Source: Macrostomum lignano (taxonomy: Eukaryota). Taken from it: 64,000 bases of DNA. Positions 63,802 through 64,000 of the stretch are shown here, one piece after another. How positions within the stretch are numbered: the stretch's first letter is position 1; each line of letters starts with the position of its first letter. Under the pieces are notes generated by a model. That model was not told the origin of the DNA. It searched no databases and saw nothing but the letters and a program-made list of their open reading frames with translations. The translations under genes and the position numbers were made by a program. The stretch lies in assembly GCA_002269645.1 (NCBI GenBank), contig NIVC01000085.1, positions 372,001 to 436,000 on the forward strand. Direction: 5' to 3'.

Positions 63802-64000
63802 CTAGATAATTATTGATATGTTGACATCTCAATTGAGTCATTTGAAGAACTTAAAATAAAATTCTATTTTTCTGATTCTATGATAACTAGATAGGCCAAC
63901 TTAGGCATATTTTCTATTGTAGGTTAAACTTCTATGTCAGTCATAAAAGAAGCGTCATGTCAGTCATAAAAGAATCGTCATGTCAGTCATAAAAGCAGCA

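Overview
Eukaryotic (animal) genomic DNA: GT/GC-AG introns, many intronic minisatellites, tRNA-derived SINE, LTR and DNA-transposon relics. The style resembles a free-living flatworm such as Macrostomum, but this is unverified inference. The window is dominated by five spliced ankyrin-repeat + STE/MAP3K-like kinase genes: A1 (435-4235 +), A2 (19529-23238 +), and B, C, D on the minus strand between 38.5 and 58.7 kb. It ends in a divergent 7-exon Rel/NF-kB-family gene (59620-63801 -) whose stop codon lies ~0.9 kb upstream of D. The most striking signal is in A1/A2: near-identical 210-bp ankyrin repeat units carry 6-nt hypervariable windows at the beta-turn positions used for binding by ankyrin proteins, resembling natural DARPins or TALE-style variable di-residues. 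Ankyrin and kinase modules are always joined by a phase-2 intron and appear to have been swapped: A1 has an A2-type ankyrin array, a B/D-type kinase and a DFG>GFG change. The 34-42 kb block can be reconstructed as a duplication with a chimeric-minisatellite breakpoint followed by a deletion at a SINE. Also present: an intronless USP gene, a membrane-anchored FkbM-family methyltransferase, an orphan acidic protein gene with a truncated duplicate, a TRIM-like LTR element, a solo LTR, a Gypsy integrase/LTR remnant, a Tc1/mariner derivative and MITE-like foldbacks. Gene models were hand-built from splice phases and protein motifs; no database searches were run.
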